Program-made: the position numbers and the translations under genes | Assembly (NCBI GenBank): GCA_965249575.1 | Contig: OZ252244.1 | Span: 1,536,001 to 1,600,000, forward strand | From: Gemmatimonadales bacterium | GTDB lineage: Bacteria > Gemmatimonadota > Gemmatimonadetes > Gemmatimonadales > GWC2-71-9 | Length of the DNA: 64,000 nt | Reading direction: 5' to 3' | In this document: piece after piece, positions 32,616-43,264 of the stretch | Layout: every line of letters starts with the position of its first letter | Numbering within the stretch: position 1 is the first letter of the stretch | Notes under the pieces: generated by a model | What the model was told of the DNA's origin: nothing | Databases searched by the model: none | The model's input: the letters and a program-made list of their open reading frames with translations, nothing else

Positions 32616-33811
32616 TCCGGGTTCGTGACCGAATCCCAGCGTCGCCGAACTCGCTCCATGTAGGCCTCAAAGCTCCCCCGCATGTCGGCGGCGGAGTCCC
32701 CTCCGAATTTCTCGGTCATGGCCTGTGCCAGGATGATCGCGACCATTCCTTCGGCGATCACCCCCATTGCCGGCACCGCCGTCACGTCGGACCGCTCTGC
32801 CTGCGCCTTCGCCGGCTGCCCGGTCGTGAGGTCGATCGTGGCCAGCGGGCGCATCAACGTGGAGATCGGCTTCATCGCTACACGCACAACCAAGGGCTCT
32901 CCCGTGGTCATCCCTCCCTCGAGGCCCCCCGCCCGGTTCGTGCTTCTCGCCACCGGACTCCCGTCAGCCGATTCGGCGCGCGTGATCTCGTCATGGATCG
33001 CTGACCCCGGCCTCCGGGCCGCTTCAAATCCCAACCCAATCTCCACGCCCTTTACCGCCGGGATGGAGTGCAGCGCGCCCGCCAACCTCCCGTCGAGTTT
33101 TCGATCCCACGATACGTGGGAACCAAGTCCAACAGGCACCCCACGCGCCACGACCTCGACGATTCCCCCCAGGGTGTCGCCGGCCTTCTTTGCCCGATCG
33201 ATACTCGCGACCATGGCCTTCGTCGCTTCGGGGTCGAGGCAGCGTACGGGAGAATCATCGGACTGCTGATTAAGGGGAGCGGGAAGCGGATCGGGGCGCG
33301 TGGCCCGGTGTTCACCGAGCTCCACGACGTGACTCCCTATCTCCATGTCGAATTCCTCGAGCAGCCTGCGGCATACCGCAGCGCACGCCACGCGGGCGGC
33401 CGTCTCCCGGGCGCTTGCCCGTTCGAGAATGTCTCTGGCATCGGTGCGGTCGTATTTCAGCACGCCAACCAGGTCGGCGTGCCCCGGCCTGGGCCGGAGC
33501 AGCTTGCGGCGCCGACCCCCCTCCTGCTGGTCCGGCTCTGCAGCCATGATGTCGGCCCAGTTGTCCCAGTCGCGGTTTCGAATCAGTAGAGCGATGGGAG
33601 AGCCCAGCGTTTCGCCGGCGCGCACCCCGCTCAGAAAATCGACTCGATCCGCCTCGATCTTCATGCGGGCACCCCGCCCATACCCGGCCATGCGTCGCCG
33701 GAGCTGGCGATCGACGTCCTCGGCAACAAGGGGGAAACCAGCCGGGATGCCTTCGAGGATCGCCACGAGGGCGCGACCGTGGGACTCGCCTGCTGTCGTG
33801 AACCGAATCAA
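32612..33811 (-). CDS. aroC: Chorismate synthase
   Basis: TAGESHG, RPGHAD, ERASARET, NRAGGLEGG, MKPISTL and ERSD. Confidence 0.97.
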   Translation of the reverse strand: MIRFTTAGESHGRALVAILEGIPAGFPLVAEDVDRQLRRRMAGYGRGARMKIEADRVDFLSGVRAGETLGSPIALLIRNRDWDNWADIMAAEPDQQEGGRRRKLLRPRPGHADLVGVLKYDRTDARDILERASARETAARVACAAVCRRLLEEFDMEIGSHVVELGEHRATRPDPLPAPLNQQSDDSPVRCLDPEATKAMVASIDRAKKAGDTLGGIVEVVARGVPVGLGSHVSWDRKLDGRLAGALHSIPAVKGVEIGLGFEAARRPGSAIHDEITRAESADGSPVARSTNRAGGLEGGMTTGEPLVVRVAMKPISTLMRPLATIDLTTGQPAKAQAERSDVTAVPAMGVIAEGMVAIILAQAMTEKFGGDSAADMRGSFEAYMERVRRRWDSVTNPE

Positions 33812-33878
33812 CTGGTGTTCTCTCCGTCGCCCCTCAAGGGCCTAATCGGACCACGGAAACCTAACGGCGGACCTCCAC

Positions 33879-33912
33879 AAAAATAGCTGAGCCCGGCCTG
33901 GGAGCCGGGCTC
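33879..33912 (-). terminator. Intrinsic terminator at the end of the pilMNOPQ-lipoprotein operon
   Basis: GAGCCCGGC-N6-GCCGGGCTC hairpin followed by TATTTTT on the minus strand. Confidence 0.65.
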
Positions 33913-33939
33913 GAGCATCCTAGCGGCTACTACGCTCCG

Positions 33940-36399
33940 CTACGGTGAGAATAACCCCCACTGCGGAGACGGCAAGACGTTGGCGATTGCCGGCAGGCGA
34001 ACCGTAACCACGCCTCGGAACGTCACACCTATCAGCACCTGTTCACCCGATGCCAGTTTGGCGACGCGAAGCGGACCGATGACCGGGTCGCGGATGAGCA
34101 CCTGGGCGACGCGTTGATAGAACCAAGTGTCAAAGACGTCGATGTTGGCGTCCTGGCGGGCGAGGAACACGAGGCGATCGTTCGGGCTGAGGCCGCCACC
34201 CGACGTGCCCGGCGTGCCACCGACCCCCGCGTCGAACGCGTGGTCGAAATTGATGTCCATTCCTGGGTTGGCACCGGGCACCCCGATCGTCCCCATGAGG
34301 CGCAGGCCCTCGTCCAACGCGTACACCGAGTCGGTCGTCCGAATGAGATTCGTGAGGCCGTTGAAGTTGATGGCGATGGCGTTCACCTCGATTGCGGTGT
34401 TGCTGATGAAGTCCCGCACACGAATCGAGGGGGAGATGCCGTTGTCCCGAATCACCGGACCCGAGAACGTGACGCCCGCTACGGTCGCGCTGCAGGTCGA
34501 CGTCGTCACCGGCGCGTTGCCCTGATAGCCGATCGCCCGGGCGAAGACCGCCGCGGGATCTCCGACGCCGCCCTCGCCCACCAATGCGTGGGTGAAATCG
34601 CCGGAGTTCCGGACGAAGGTCGTGTCGAGGAACGCCAACTCGGGAGTCGTCACCGTTATACCGCAGGCCGCCGAAAGGATGGTCTCTTGGGCTATTCCCG
34701 GGCCCCGATCGACGATGATCTGCAGGGTATCGGAATCGGGCGAAGGCGCGACCTCGGCATGCTCCCAGAAGAAGTGAGAGGACTGCAGCGCCTGGTTTAT
34801 GTTTTCCCAGCGCACGGTCCCGTGCAGCGCAAAATCGCCGCTCTGGCCCAGCGTGGGCGTGGTCGAGTACACGCTGTAGACCTCAGCCGCCGTTGGGCAC
34901 GTCGTGCCAGCGTTCGGGCGGCAGATGGCTCCGAGATACTCCGGACGATCGGAGAAGTCGTATTCGGTGATCTTGATCTTCACCAGCTGGGTCGCCGGAT
35001 CGACTTCCGTCTGCACCGTTTGGACCAGGAAATTCGGCAGACGATGGCGGCGTATCTCCCGCCTGGCGAGCACGTCCACGACGGAGATGTTGGTTCCGCC
35101 CGAGTTCGCCACCAGGACCGAGTCGGCGTTGTTGCCGTTGATGTCTCGCGGCCATAGCGCAATGCCCCAAGGCCGCGATCCGATCGGGATCCCGGTGGCG
35201 AACGAGGTGTCGGTCACCTGGAAGATCTCCAACCGGTCGAGCTCCACGTTCGTCATGTAGATTTCGTTCAAGTTGCTGTTGTAAATCGCATCGGCAACCC
35301 GACCGCCGGCTGGCAGCGCCTTCGTGATGCCGTTCACTATCGTGATCGTATCGCGTTTGATCGGCGCCGAGGCTGCGGTATCTGCCCGTGCCTCGCCCCG
35401 GTTGCCTGCGGCGTCGACCCCGAAGGCGCTAATGATCACTTCCTGCGGGAACGAAGCGAACATGAAGTTCAGGTTGTACGTCTGACTGAAATCGGTGAGC
35501 GCGCCACTGCTCGTAGTCGAATCGCCGCCCACTACGCCGCCGGTCGCGCGGTCCGTCGCGAGCCACCCAATGAGCGTGATGCCGCTGGGATCGGTCGCGC
35601 GCACGTTGATGGAATCCCGAACCTCGCCCCGGTTGGCCACCTGGACCGTGACCACGGGTGGCGTCGCGTCCGTCGCGACCGACTGGATGGTCACCGTAAC
35701 GGAGGTACTCGTCGCGCGCCTACCGGCCGAGTCCTCAGCGAACCCGCTGATGATGAATGTGCCGGCGGCCGCCGCCGCCGGTACGAGGAGCGTGTCCTCG
35801 AAGCTCACCGTATCGGGGAGCGGGAGGCCAAGCAAGATCGAGTCCGCGTCCGTCACGTTACCGGTCACGGTGTAGCCGACCTTCTTGATTCCCGTGTTCT
35901 GGCTGGCGTCTACCTGCACCAGCATCTGCTTGCCGGGCGAAGTCACCGCGGCGACACCGGGCCGGATGAGCCTCACGGAGAGTGCCTGGCTGTTAACGAG
36001 AAACACCGAATCGACCGCGACGGACGAGTTGTTGTTTCCGTCAATGGCGGTGGCCGTGATGACGATCACGCCACCCGCGGTCGTGCTGACTGGTAGTGGG
36101 ATATCGATCGGCAGCGTGATGGTGGTCACCGCCGAGCTGAACACCGAGTCGATCCGTAGGGTAAAACCGCCGCTGAGCGCAATCGACAGGGTCCTGAGAC
36201 CCAGATTGTCCGACGCGGCAATGGTGAACTTGATACCATCGGCCACACCGAGCGTGTCACCCGAGGACTTGTCGACCAAGACCGCAGGTGATAGCTGATC
36301 GCCTTCGAAACCTGTCTGTACCGCCTGCTCGTTGCACGCCCCGAGAAGCGCACTGCCGGCAAGGGCGAGCAGGGGTACCAGTAGCGTTCGCCGCTGCAT
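33940..36399 (-). CDS. Large lipoprotein with Thr/Ser-rich Ig-like repeats and a probable YVTN-type beta-propeller
   Basis: Lipobox LLGAC; repeated A.D..G / D..GN motifs; IPIGSRPWGIAL and VANSGGTNISVVD. RBS GAGGGGG directly after pilQ. Confidence 0.7.
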   Translation of the reverse strand: MQRRTLLVPLLALAGSALLGACNEQAVQTGFEGDQLSPAVLVDKSSGDTLGVADGIKFTIAASDNLGLRTLSIALSGGFTLRIDSVFSSAVTTITLPIDIPLPVSTTAGGVIVITATAIDGNNNSSVAVDSVFLVNSQALSVRLIRPGVAAVTSPGKQMLVQVDASQNTGIKKVGYTVTGNVTDADSILLGLPLPDTVSFEDTLLVPAAAAAGTFIISGFAEDSAGRRATSTSVTVTIQSVATDATPPVVTVQVANRGEVRDSINVRATDPSGITLIGWLATDRATGGVVGGDSTTSSGALTDFSQTYNLNFMFASFPQEVIISAFGVDAAGNRGEARADTAASAPIKRDTITIVNGITKALPAGGRVADAIYNSNLNEIYMTNVELDRLEIFQVTDTSFATGIPIGSRPWGIALWPRDINGNNADSVLVANSGGTNISVVDVLARREIRRHRLPNFLVQTVQTEVDPATQLVKIKITEYDFSDRPEYLGAICRPNAGTTCPTAAEVYSVYSTTPTLGQSGDFALHGTVRWENINQALQSSHFFWEHAEVAPSPDSDTLQIIVDRGPGIAQETILSAACGITVTTPELAFLDTTFVRNSGDFTHALVGEGGVGDPAAVFARAIGYQGNAPVTTSTCSATVAGVTFSGPVIRDNGISPSIRVRDFISNTAIEVNAIAINFNGLTNLIRTTDSVYALDEGLRLMGTIGVPGANPGMDINFDHAFDAGVGGTPGTSGGGLSPNDRLVFLARQDANIDVFDTWFYQRVAQVLIRDPVIGPLRVAKLASGEQVLIGVTFRGVVTVRLPAIANVLPSPQWGLFSP

Positions 36400-36434
36400 G
36401 ATGCTCCCCCTCAGTTGTCTCCCGTTGGCTGCCT

Positions 36435-38227
36435 CTACTCGCCGGGGCCCTGGACCCAGGGTTCTTGATGATGTGAGGCGTCACCAAGATGAGTAGATCT
36501 CGCCGTTGCTCCCGCCGGGACGAAAAGCCGAAGATCCGTCCGATGATCGGCAGGTCTACAAGGAACGGTATTCCGCTCTTTGCCACAGTGACTTGCGTCA
36601 CCGTGAGCCCACCAATGACGGCCGTCTCGCCATCGTTCACCAGTAGCGTATTATCGGCTTCTTGCGTCTGGAACGTGAAGCCGACGTCCGCGGGAGCCGC
36701 CCTGATCGAGGAGTTTTCGGCGTGGATCGTCATCAACACCTGACCGCTATTGGTCACGTGCGGTGTGACGTCCAACCGGATGCCGGTGGGGACAATCGTC
36801 GTCACGGCGCGCGGTGCACCATCGCCGGCCCCCGACTGGGAGCTCACGTCGATCTGACGGATCGGCGTTCGCTCGCCCACGAGGATCGATGCCCGGCTGT
36901 TGTCCGCGGTGGAGATGAGCGGCTCCGCCTGAAGATCGGCGAGCTCCACCCGCTGTAGGGCGTTGACGAACGTCGTGAGGTTGAAGTTCCCGATTGCGGT
37001 CGAGAAGATGAGCTCGAGCGCCGGGGACAAGAGTTGTGCCTCCGCGTTCCCGACAGCGGACAGCGCGTTGCCACCGAGATTGATGATGTTCTGATCGGAA
37101 TCGAAGAACTCCTCAGCCTGGAGCGCGTCGGGCACGCCGTCACCATCGGTGTCGACGGGGACCGCAGTGCTGGGATCTGGTCGCTGCACGAGCTTGTTGA
37201 AGAACTGGTCCGACGTCCCCAAATCGTACCGCACGCCAAGCTCTTCAATGTCCGTTCGGTCGACGAAGATCAGCTTGGCCTGGATGGACACCTGCGGCGT
37301 CGGACGGTCCAGCTCCTTCATGAACTCGACCGCGTCATTGATACGGCTCTCGACGTCGGTGATGATGAGGCTGTTGGTAGCCGTGTCAGACGTGACCCTG
37401 CCCCGGGCCGAGAGGATACCCGCGACCGACGCGGCCATCGATCCGGCGCGGGCGAAGTTGACGTCTACCAGCGTCGTGCGGAGTGGCTCAAGCGAGTCGC
37501 GCGCCGCGAGCGCCGCCTGGCTCTGGACGCGGATAATGCCGACGGGCCGCTCCTCAGCCGTCAGGCCTTGGGATTCGAGGATGGCCTGAAACGCGACGTC
37601 CCACGGTTGATTCTTGATCTCCGCGAAGACGATTCCGTCGATGTTGCGTCCCAAGACGATCGTCTTCCCGCTGAACGCAGCGAAGCCCGCCATGACCTCG
37701 GAGACCGACGCGGAGTCCCAAGTGACGGTGACCAGCGGCTGCTGAGATTGCTGGGCCGTGGTCTCAGGCGTGAGGGCCATTGGCTCCAGCTGCGGGAGCG
37801 GGATCTCGTCTGGGGCGACCGAAGACCACGCCGCGAACCGCCGGTCGGTACCGAATGCGACGCGGATCGCCTCCGCCTCGTACTCGAGGTGATAGTCCTT
37901 GAGGGACTCCAGCTCGAGCACGATGCGCACGACGTCGGGCCGGAACTGCGAAAACCGGACGTTGACGATGCCGCCGCGATTGGCTCCGTCGTAGGTTAGG
38001 GCGGGCACACGCAGCTGCGCACCGGTCACGTCGATAACCAGGCGGGCGGGGTCGGCCAGGGTGAAGTCCTGGACCCCCACACTCCCTCGCACGTCGATCA
38101 CCACATGAGCTGCGCCGGGACCGGGAATCACGCTAACAGACATGACCTCCCCCGGAGCGGGCGCGGCGACGGTCCGTGGCGCCAAGAGGGCGACCCCGAC
38201 CGCGGCGAGAAGTACGGACTGCTTCAT
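36435..38227 (-). CDS. pilQ: Type IV pilus secretin (AMIN + secretin); 3' end probably frameshifted
   Basis: FTLADPARLVID, QVSIQAKLI, NDGETAVIGG, GIPFLVDLPIIGRIF and LLILVTPHII. The called ORF runs on to 36257 over the next gene; one extra G near 36456 would give a stop at 36435-36437. Confidence 0.9.
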
Positions 38228-38709
38228 GGTGTTCCCTCCTGCCTTCGCCTGATCGGCAGAGTCACCTGCCGCTCGACGCCAAAATCATCGAATGTGAGAA
38301 CGAGCTCGGTGCGGCGTATTTCCGAAACACGCAAACGGCCCAACTCGTCGCCGACGCGCACGGAGTACCGCTTTTGTACGGTCGTATCGCGCAGGATCGC
38401 GACGCTGCGCGCCGGAAACCGCGAATCGTATGTGATCCCGCTGACGCGGAGGTCCTGGAGCAGCGGGCGGGCATCACCAGACTTCAACAGCGACATGAAA
38501 GGGTCCCGGCCCGACCCACGATAGGAAAACACTTCGCGCACCAGCTGAGTCGAGTCGGGTCCCTGCACGTCGGTGGTGTCTGGCGCTTGGGCGGCATCCG
38601 GTATGGCGCCGGGCGGTGGCAGTGGCGTATCCGGGACTTCCTCGCCTCCACAGGCGGCCATGAGCATCACGCCGAGCAAGAAGCTGACACCCGATCTCCG
38701 CAAGATCAC
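38224..38709 (-). CDS. pilP: PilP-like pilus assembly lipoprotein
   Basis: Lipobox MAAC, Y..SGRDPF motif, YSVRVGD; lies between pilO and pilQ. Confidence 0.75.
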   Translation of the reverse strand: MILRRSGVSFLLGVMLMAACGGEEVPDTPLPPPGAIPDAAQAPDTTDVQGPDSTQLVREVFSYRGSGRDPFMSLLKSGDARPLLQDLRVSGITYDSRFPARSVAILRDTTVQKRYSVRVGDELGRLRVSEIRRTELVLTFDDFGVERQVTLPIRRRQEGTP

Positions 38710-39308
38710 TCCGCTTCTCCCAGACTGTCGGACGGGAGTTTCACGAAGGTCCTCAGCTGGAAGGTCGCCTCAACCAGCGCTCCCGTGGTATCGCCGTATG
38801 CCCGGGCGGCGGTCTGACTCGCGGGCGTGAGGGAGATGTCTTGTGGAACCATGATCCGGGGAAGCGAGGCGACGTCGGACAGGAACTCGCCCAGTGCGTC
38901 AAAGTGACCGATGACCTGGAATCGATACCGGTGCGTCTGGAACGGTGATCCGTCCTCCACTGCCAACGGCGTCAGCTGCCCGATCTCCACGCCCCGGAGC
39001 TTCGCCTTCGACGCCACGTCGTCGATGAGGTTCGCAACCTCGCCTCCCTCGGGGACCAGTCGTCTCATGAGCTGCGCACTCGCCTCGTACTCGACAACGC
39101 GCCTCCGGAGCGATTCGATGCTCCCGCGCGCCAGATCCTGGCGGGCCGAGTCGACGCCCGCCTGCAGGGAGTCGATTTGAACTCGCACGACCGCCGCTTC
39201 GGCCGATTTTCCCTGATACCAGAAATACCAGAATGCCCCGGCACCGAGGACGGCAATCCCAATGAGGAATCCCAGTAGTTGCTTGCGGTCCTTCTCAACC
39301 ATTGCCAT
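38706..39308 (-). CDS. pilO: Type IV pilus assembly protein PilO
   Basis: N-terminal TM helix, coiled coil, LVP...EV..LIDD and GHFDALGEFLSDVASLPRI. Confidence 0.88.
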   Translation of the reverse strand: MAMVEKDRKQLLGFLIGIAVLGAGAFWYFWYQGKSAEAAVVRVQIDSLQAGVDSARQDLARGSIESLRRRVVEYEASAQLMRRLVPEGGEVANLIDDVASKAKLRGVEIGQLTPLAVEDGSPFQTHRYRFQVIGHFDALGEFLSDVASLPRIMVPQDISLTPASQTAARAYGDTTGALVEATFQLRTFVKLPSDSLGEAE

Positions 39309-39317
39309 AGGAGCCCC

Positions 39318-39989
39318 CTACCGCACCGTCTCGAGCAGCGGTGCCGTCCGGATGTACGCGGAGTCGGCCTGGCGAAACTGCCCCGTCAGGCTGAAAGCGG
39401 TCACCGGGCGATCGTCTTCCACGACCGTCTGCGTCGCGCCCGCTACGATGTTCGAGACCCAGGGCGAATTCGCCAGCTGCCGGAGAAACCGAGTGTACGC
39501 CTGGATATCGGCGGTTCTGCCATCGAGCTGGAACCTGACCGGCTGCGGACCCAGCGTGTCCGCATCGACGGTCTGAGCAGCGAGCACTTCCACGCCGACC
39601 AACCATGTGTAGTCCGGAAGCGCCTTGGTGACCTCCTCGAGAACGTGCGGCCAAACATACCGGTCCGCATCGATACCCCGGATCACCTCCAATTCGGCGA
39701 CCAAGAGGTCTCGAAGGTCTTCGGCCTTCCGCTTCTGCTCGATCAAGGCCGCGAAGCGCCTTGCCTCCGCCTGAACCCTCGTCAAATCCTCTTCGAGCGC
39801 CCCCAGTTTTCGCGACTGCGCGAAGAACAAGAGACCCACGGCGAGCCCGGAAACCGTCCACGCGCCGATCGCTCCGAGAAGAAGGGGGTCTCTTACCTTG
39901 GAGATCAGCTCGCCGACGTCCGGGAGCTTGAACCCCATGCCGGCTCGCTTCTTTTTCTTCTGCCCAGGAAGAAGATTAATTTCTATCAT
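39318..39989 (-). CDS. pilN: Type IV pilus assembly protein PilN
   Basis: MIEINLLP PilM-binding motif, TM helix and LPDYTWL. Confidence 0.9.
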   Translation of the reverse strand: MIEINLLPGQKKKKRAGMGFKLPDVGELISKVRDPLLLGAIGAWTVSGLAVGLLFFAQSRKLGALEEDLTRVQAEARRFAALIEQKRKAEDLRDLLVAELEVIRGIDADRYVWPHVLEEVTKALPDYTWLVGVEVLAAQTVDADTLGPQPVRFQLDGRTADIQAYTRFLRQLANSPWVSNIVAGATQTVVEDDRPVTAFSLTGQFRQADSAYIRTAPLLETVR

Positions 39990-40005
39990 CGTGACGGTCT
40001 CGCTC

Positions 40006-41055
40006 TCAACTGGCCTTACGCAACGCGAGGCCCACAGAAAGCATGAGAAGTGGGGCGATCTCGTCGACGTTCAGCGCGTCGAACACGCCGTCCTTCACGG
40101 CCAGACGCTGAATCGGGTTGGCTGTCTCGACGGGAAGCCGAAGGCGTTCTCCCAGCACCTCCGACAGGCCTGGAATCCGAGCCCCGCCACCAGAGCAGTA
40201 GACTCGCTGAATGCCGCCGGCGTCCCGTGATGCGGATTGCAGGAACGCCGCCGCCCGCTCGACGCCGACCGCAATCTCCTCGCCCCGGCTCTGCACGTAG
40301 GGATCCAGCTCCGGCGTGCGATCGAAACCCCGGATCATTTGGTCGGCATCCGACGCCGAAAGCCCCCGTTCGCGCTGCAGGTCTTCCCTGAACTTGCGGG
40401 TGCCGATGCTCAGATCCCGGGTGAGTAGGGGTACCCCATCCTGGAGGAGATTGACGTTCGTCACCTCGTGCCCGATGTTGATGAGGGCGACGATCCCCTC
40501 CATCGCTTCCGGATAGTTGAGCTCGAATGCGTTGTAGAGGGCAAAGGCGTCTACGTCGACGACGACCGAGTCGAGACCGGCCTCAGCAAGGAGCGCCGAC
40601 TTGGTCTCCACCAATTCCCGCTTCGCCGCCACCAGCAGCACGTCCATCTGCAGACCCTCGCCCTCCGGGTCCAGCACCTGGAAGTCCAACTCGACCCCCT
40701 CGATGTCGAAGGGGACGTATTGCTGCGCCTCCCACCGCACGACCTCGTAGGCCTCGCTCTCCTTCATGCGATCGACCTGGATCTTCTTGACGATCACGTC
40801 CCGCCCGCCAACCGCCACCACAACACCCTTCTGCTTCACTCCCGCGCTCGAAAAGAGACCTCGAATCGCTTCCGCGACTACACCGGGATCCATGATCTCG
40901 CCCTCGACGATCGCGTCGGCGAGAACCTCGGTATGGGCCACCCGGGCCAGCACAGGCTCGCCTGTAGCATGCTCGACAACCGCGAGCTTGATGAGCCCGC
41001 TGCCGATGTCGAGACCCACCGTTTTTTTCTGTCCTCCGAGCCCAAACAGAGCCAT
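40006..41055 (-). CDS. pilM: Type IV pilus assembly protein PilM
   Basis: VGLDIGSG.IK, QYVPFD, VLLVAAK, INIG and SGGGA...GLALR. Confidence 0.94.
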   Translation of the reverse strand: MALFGLGGQKKTVGLDIGSGLIKLAVVEHATGEPVLARVAHTEVLADAIVEGEIMDPGVVAEAIRGLFSSAGVKQKGVVVAVGGRDVIVKKIQVDRMKESEAYEVVRWEAQQYVPFDIEGVELDFQVLDPEGEGLQMDVLLVAAKRELVETKSALLAEAGLDSVVVDVDAFALYNAFELNYPEAMEGIVALINIGHEVTNVNLLQDGVPLLTRDLSIGTRKFREDLQRERGLSASDADQMIRGFDRTPELDPYVQSRGEEIAVGVERAAAFLQSASRDAGGIQRVYCSGGGARIPGLSEVLGERLRLPVETANPIQRLAVKDGVFDALNVDEIAPLLMLSVGLALRKAS

Positions 41056-41098
41056 ATCTTCCCACGGGTTAAGGAGATAGCCCGGCGAGCGGGACACT

Positions 41099-41127
41099 AC
41101 AGTACCGAACACCTCTCTTTTTGTCAA
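41099..41127 (-). promoter_or_regulatory. Sigma70-type promoter of pilMNOPQ
   Basis: Perfect TTGACA, 17-bp spacer, TACTGT. Confidence 0.7.
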
Positions 41128-41186
41128 ACTCCAACCTACTTTAAGCCACGACCAACAAGTCCATCTTGGGCAGTGACTTACATCAC

Positions 41187-42401
41187 TCAGTAGACGTGGA
41201 ACCAGCCGCGACTAAGCCTGATTCCCCCCTTCGGGGCGGACAGCTGAGCCCGCCGCACCGCGCAGCTCGAGTACTGGACGACTGGAGTGCTGGCCACCGT
41301 GTGGTGCCGAAAATTGGCAGTTCGCGCGACAACACCTCCCACGAATAGCCCCCCGGTTCCGCTCGTGGATGCGCCCCCGCGAACCAAAACCACGCCCACG
41401 AATCGAAAGCCTCCCTCGACGGCGAGATTGCCATCTACTAGGAGAACGCCCTGCCCATTCCCTCCGCGCAGGATCACGTCCCCGCTCACCAGTACGATGG
41501 GGAAGTATCGTCCGCACTCACCCCGAGCCGCCGGGTTCCCCCAATTGAGGGGAGCTGTCTCGATGCACTTCCCCCCGGTCTCTACTGGGCCGATGCCCGC
41601 GTAGGTGCCACCCCCGACGGTCTTGGTGGCCAGCACGACCAACTCACGCCACCTAGCATCTCCTACTGTTATCGGCGTGCTCGACAGGGAATCGACGACG
41701 AAGGGTGGGCTCCCGCGAAGGCAGGTCAGGCCGGGACAAAGAGGCATTTGGAGACGCGCGGTATCCAGCGCGGCGGTCCTGAGCGCGGGAATTGACGGCA
41801 GGAGTGGCGGGCAGCCTAGCCAGCCCCCCGGTGCAACATCATGGCCGCTCACGCCGGCAGTACCGAGCGTGGTTGCTTCCACGGTCGTGAGCGCGGCGTG
41901 CACGCCCAAGTCGAGCGTCTCGATCTGTGCCAGTAGTCCGACCTCTCGCCGCGCCGTGCTATCGCTGTTGAATCCCTCGGCCCTTATGAGATAAAGCCGA
42001 CGATTGAGCCGCCTAACCGACCCCCTATACCAACCCGAGTTGCTCGGTAGAACTACTCGCCCGATCGAGGTCTCGAGTCCCGGTGCGATCATGCCGTACT
42101 GGACGGCGTCCCATTCGTCGAGTATCCGCTCGACGCCAGCGTCCGCCGCATCAAGGGCCTGCCGCGATGCCACCGAGCTTCGCCCCATGCGCTGTTCCTG
42201 CACGGCAAGCCAGAAAACCGCAGAAACCAGGCCAGCCAGAATCAGCATCCCAAGCACGACCGCCCCCAGCGCAAATCCCGGAGGGCCGGCGGTCAGGCTC
42301 GCGGGATGAGCGCGGACCGCCGCGTGCGAAGTGGTCGGTGGAGGCGTGGTCGGACGCCTGCGGGACGGGTTCCGCGCCCCCGTTCGGATGCGATGGGTCA
42401 G
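41187..42401 (-). CDS. PilX-like minor pilin; start uncertain (CTG 42401 or downstream)
   Basis: The frame is open upstream of 42257 and contains G|FALGAVVLGMLIL (pilin-like helix lacking E5, as in PilX); QALDAADAG; Gly-rich C-terminus GQGVLLVDGNL. Confidence 0.7.
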   Translation of the reverse strand: MTHRIRTGARNPSRRRPTTPPPTTSHAAVRAHPASLTAGPPGFALGAVVLGMLILAGLVSAVFWLAVQEQRMGRSSVASRQALDAADAGVERILDEWDAVQYGMIAPGLETSIGRVVLPSNSGWYRGSVRRLNRRLYLIRAEGFNSDSTARREVGLLAQIETLDLGVHAALTTVEATTLGTAGVSGHDVAPGGWLGCPPLLPSIPALRTAALDTARLQMPLCPGLTCLRGSPPFVVDSLSSTPITVGDARWRELVVLATKTVGGGTYAGIGPVETGGKCIETAPLNWGNPAARGECGRYFPIVLVSGDVILRGGNGQGVLLVDGNLAVEGGFRFVGVVLVRGGASTSGTGGLFVGGVVARTANFRHHTVASTPVVQYSSCAVRRAQLSAPKGGIRLSRGWFHVY

Positions 42402-43264
42402 GGGCGGGCGTTCCTCGGCGCGATTTGCTCGTGGAGGGTGAACGTCGAAAACGCCAGTATACCCGATAGGCCGCGGATTGGGACCGAAGATCGCCCGCTG
42501 ACAGTCACCCCCACCCGTGCGACGGATGCGGGGCTTGTGGCGGGAATACCTAGTCGGTCGAAATACTGAAAGCGGAGTCCCCTAGCGGTCACAGGCCCGA
42601 CCAGGGGTTGCCGGCGGCTCCAATTGCCTGGCGCGGATTGAGTCTGCAAGCCGATCCACTGATCTCCCCACGCGTCTGTGTACACGGAGAGCTTGGTTCG
42701 GACCCGCAAGCGAACCGGGGCCCCGTCGAGCACGCGACCGAGCTCTGAACCGCCCAGGCCGCCAAGCACGAGCAGGACGCTGGGCTCGCCGCGAGGGCAC
42801 CCACGCCCGCCGCGAACATCTGCGATCGAGGCCCGAAGCCAGCGTCCTGCCGGGAAGCCGGCGGAGTCGTTCTCCGCGAACAGGAGGACGCCGTGCACTC
42901 CCGGGTCAGGACTGCCGAATCCCAGGGCGGTGCCGCGCGCCGCGAGAGTCACTTTCCGTGCCGCCAATTCAGGGGGAGTGCATAGGTGAAGGACACCGCG
43001 TGCGGCCTCGTAGCTGATCGAATGCGGGGTCATGTCGATGATGTCGCCGGCGGTGGGATCGGTACCCAGCTCGCGAAGCTCGAATCGCAAGACCGCCAAA
43101 GCGGCTCGTACGTTCTGGGCCATCGCGAGCCGTTCGGATTGGTTGCGATACGCTCTCTGATGGCCCGCCAACATTCTCGCGGCAGCCGTCGCGACCAAGG
43201 CCACAAGCGCCAAGGCGACCACCAGCTCCACCGCGCTGAAGCCTCCAGTCACGAATCGCTTCAC
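42398..43264 (-). CDS. PilW-like minor pilin
   Basis: Prepilin G|FSAVELVVAL; QNVRAAL..LRFELRELG; GLRFQYFD. Confidence 0.8.
   Translation of the reverse strand: MKRFVTGGFSAVELVVALALVALVATAAARMLAGHQRAYRNQSERLAMAQNVRAALAVLRFELRELGTDPTAGDIIDMTPHSISYEAARGVLHLCTPPELAARKVTLAARGTALGFGSPDPGVHGVLLFAENDSAGFPAGRWLRASIADVRGGRGCPRGEPSVLLVLGGLGGSELGRVLDGAPVRLRVRTKLSVYTDAWGDQWIGLQTQSAPGNWSRRQPLVGPVTARGLRFQYFDRLGIPATSPASVARVGVTVSGRSSVPIRGLSGILAFSTFTLHEQIAPRNARP

Noticed and set aside
36257..36434. PilQ C-terminal extension overlapping the next gene by ~140 bp
   Set aside because: Better explained by a one-base loss near 36456, which bypasses stops at 36435 and 36411.
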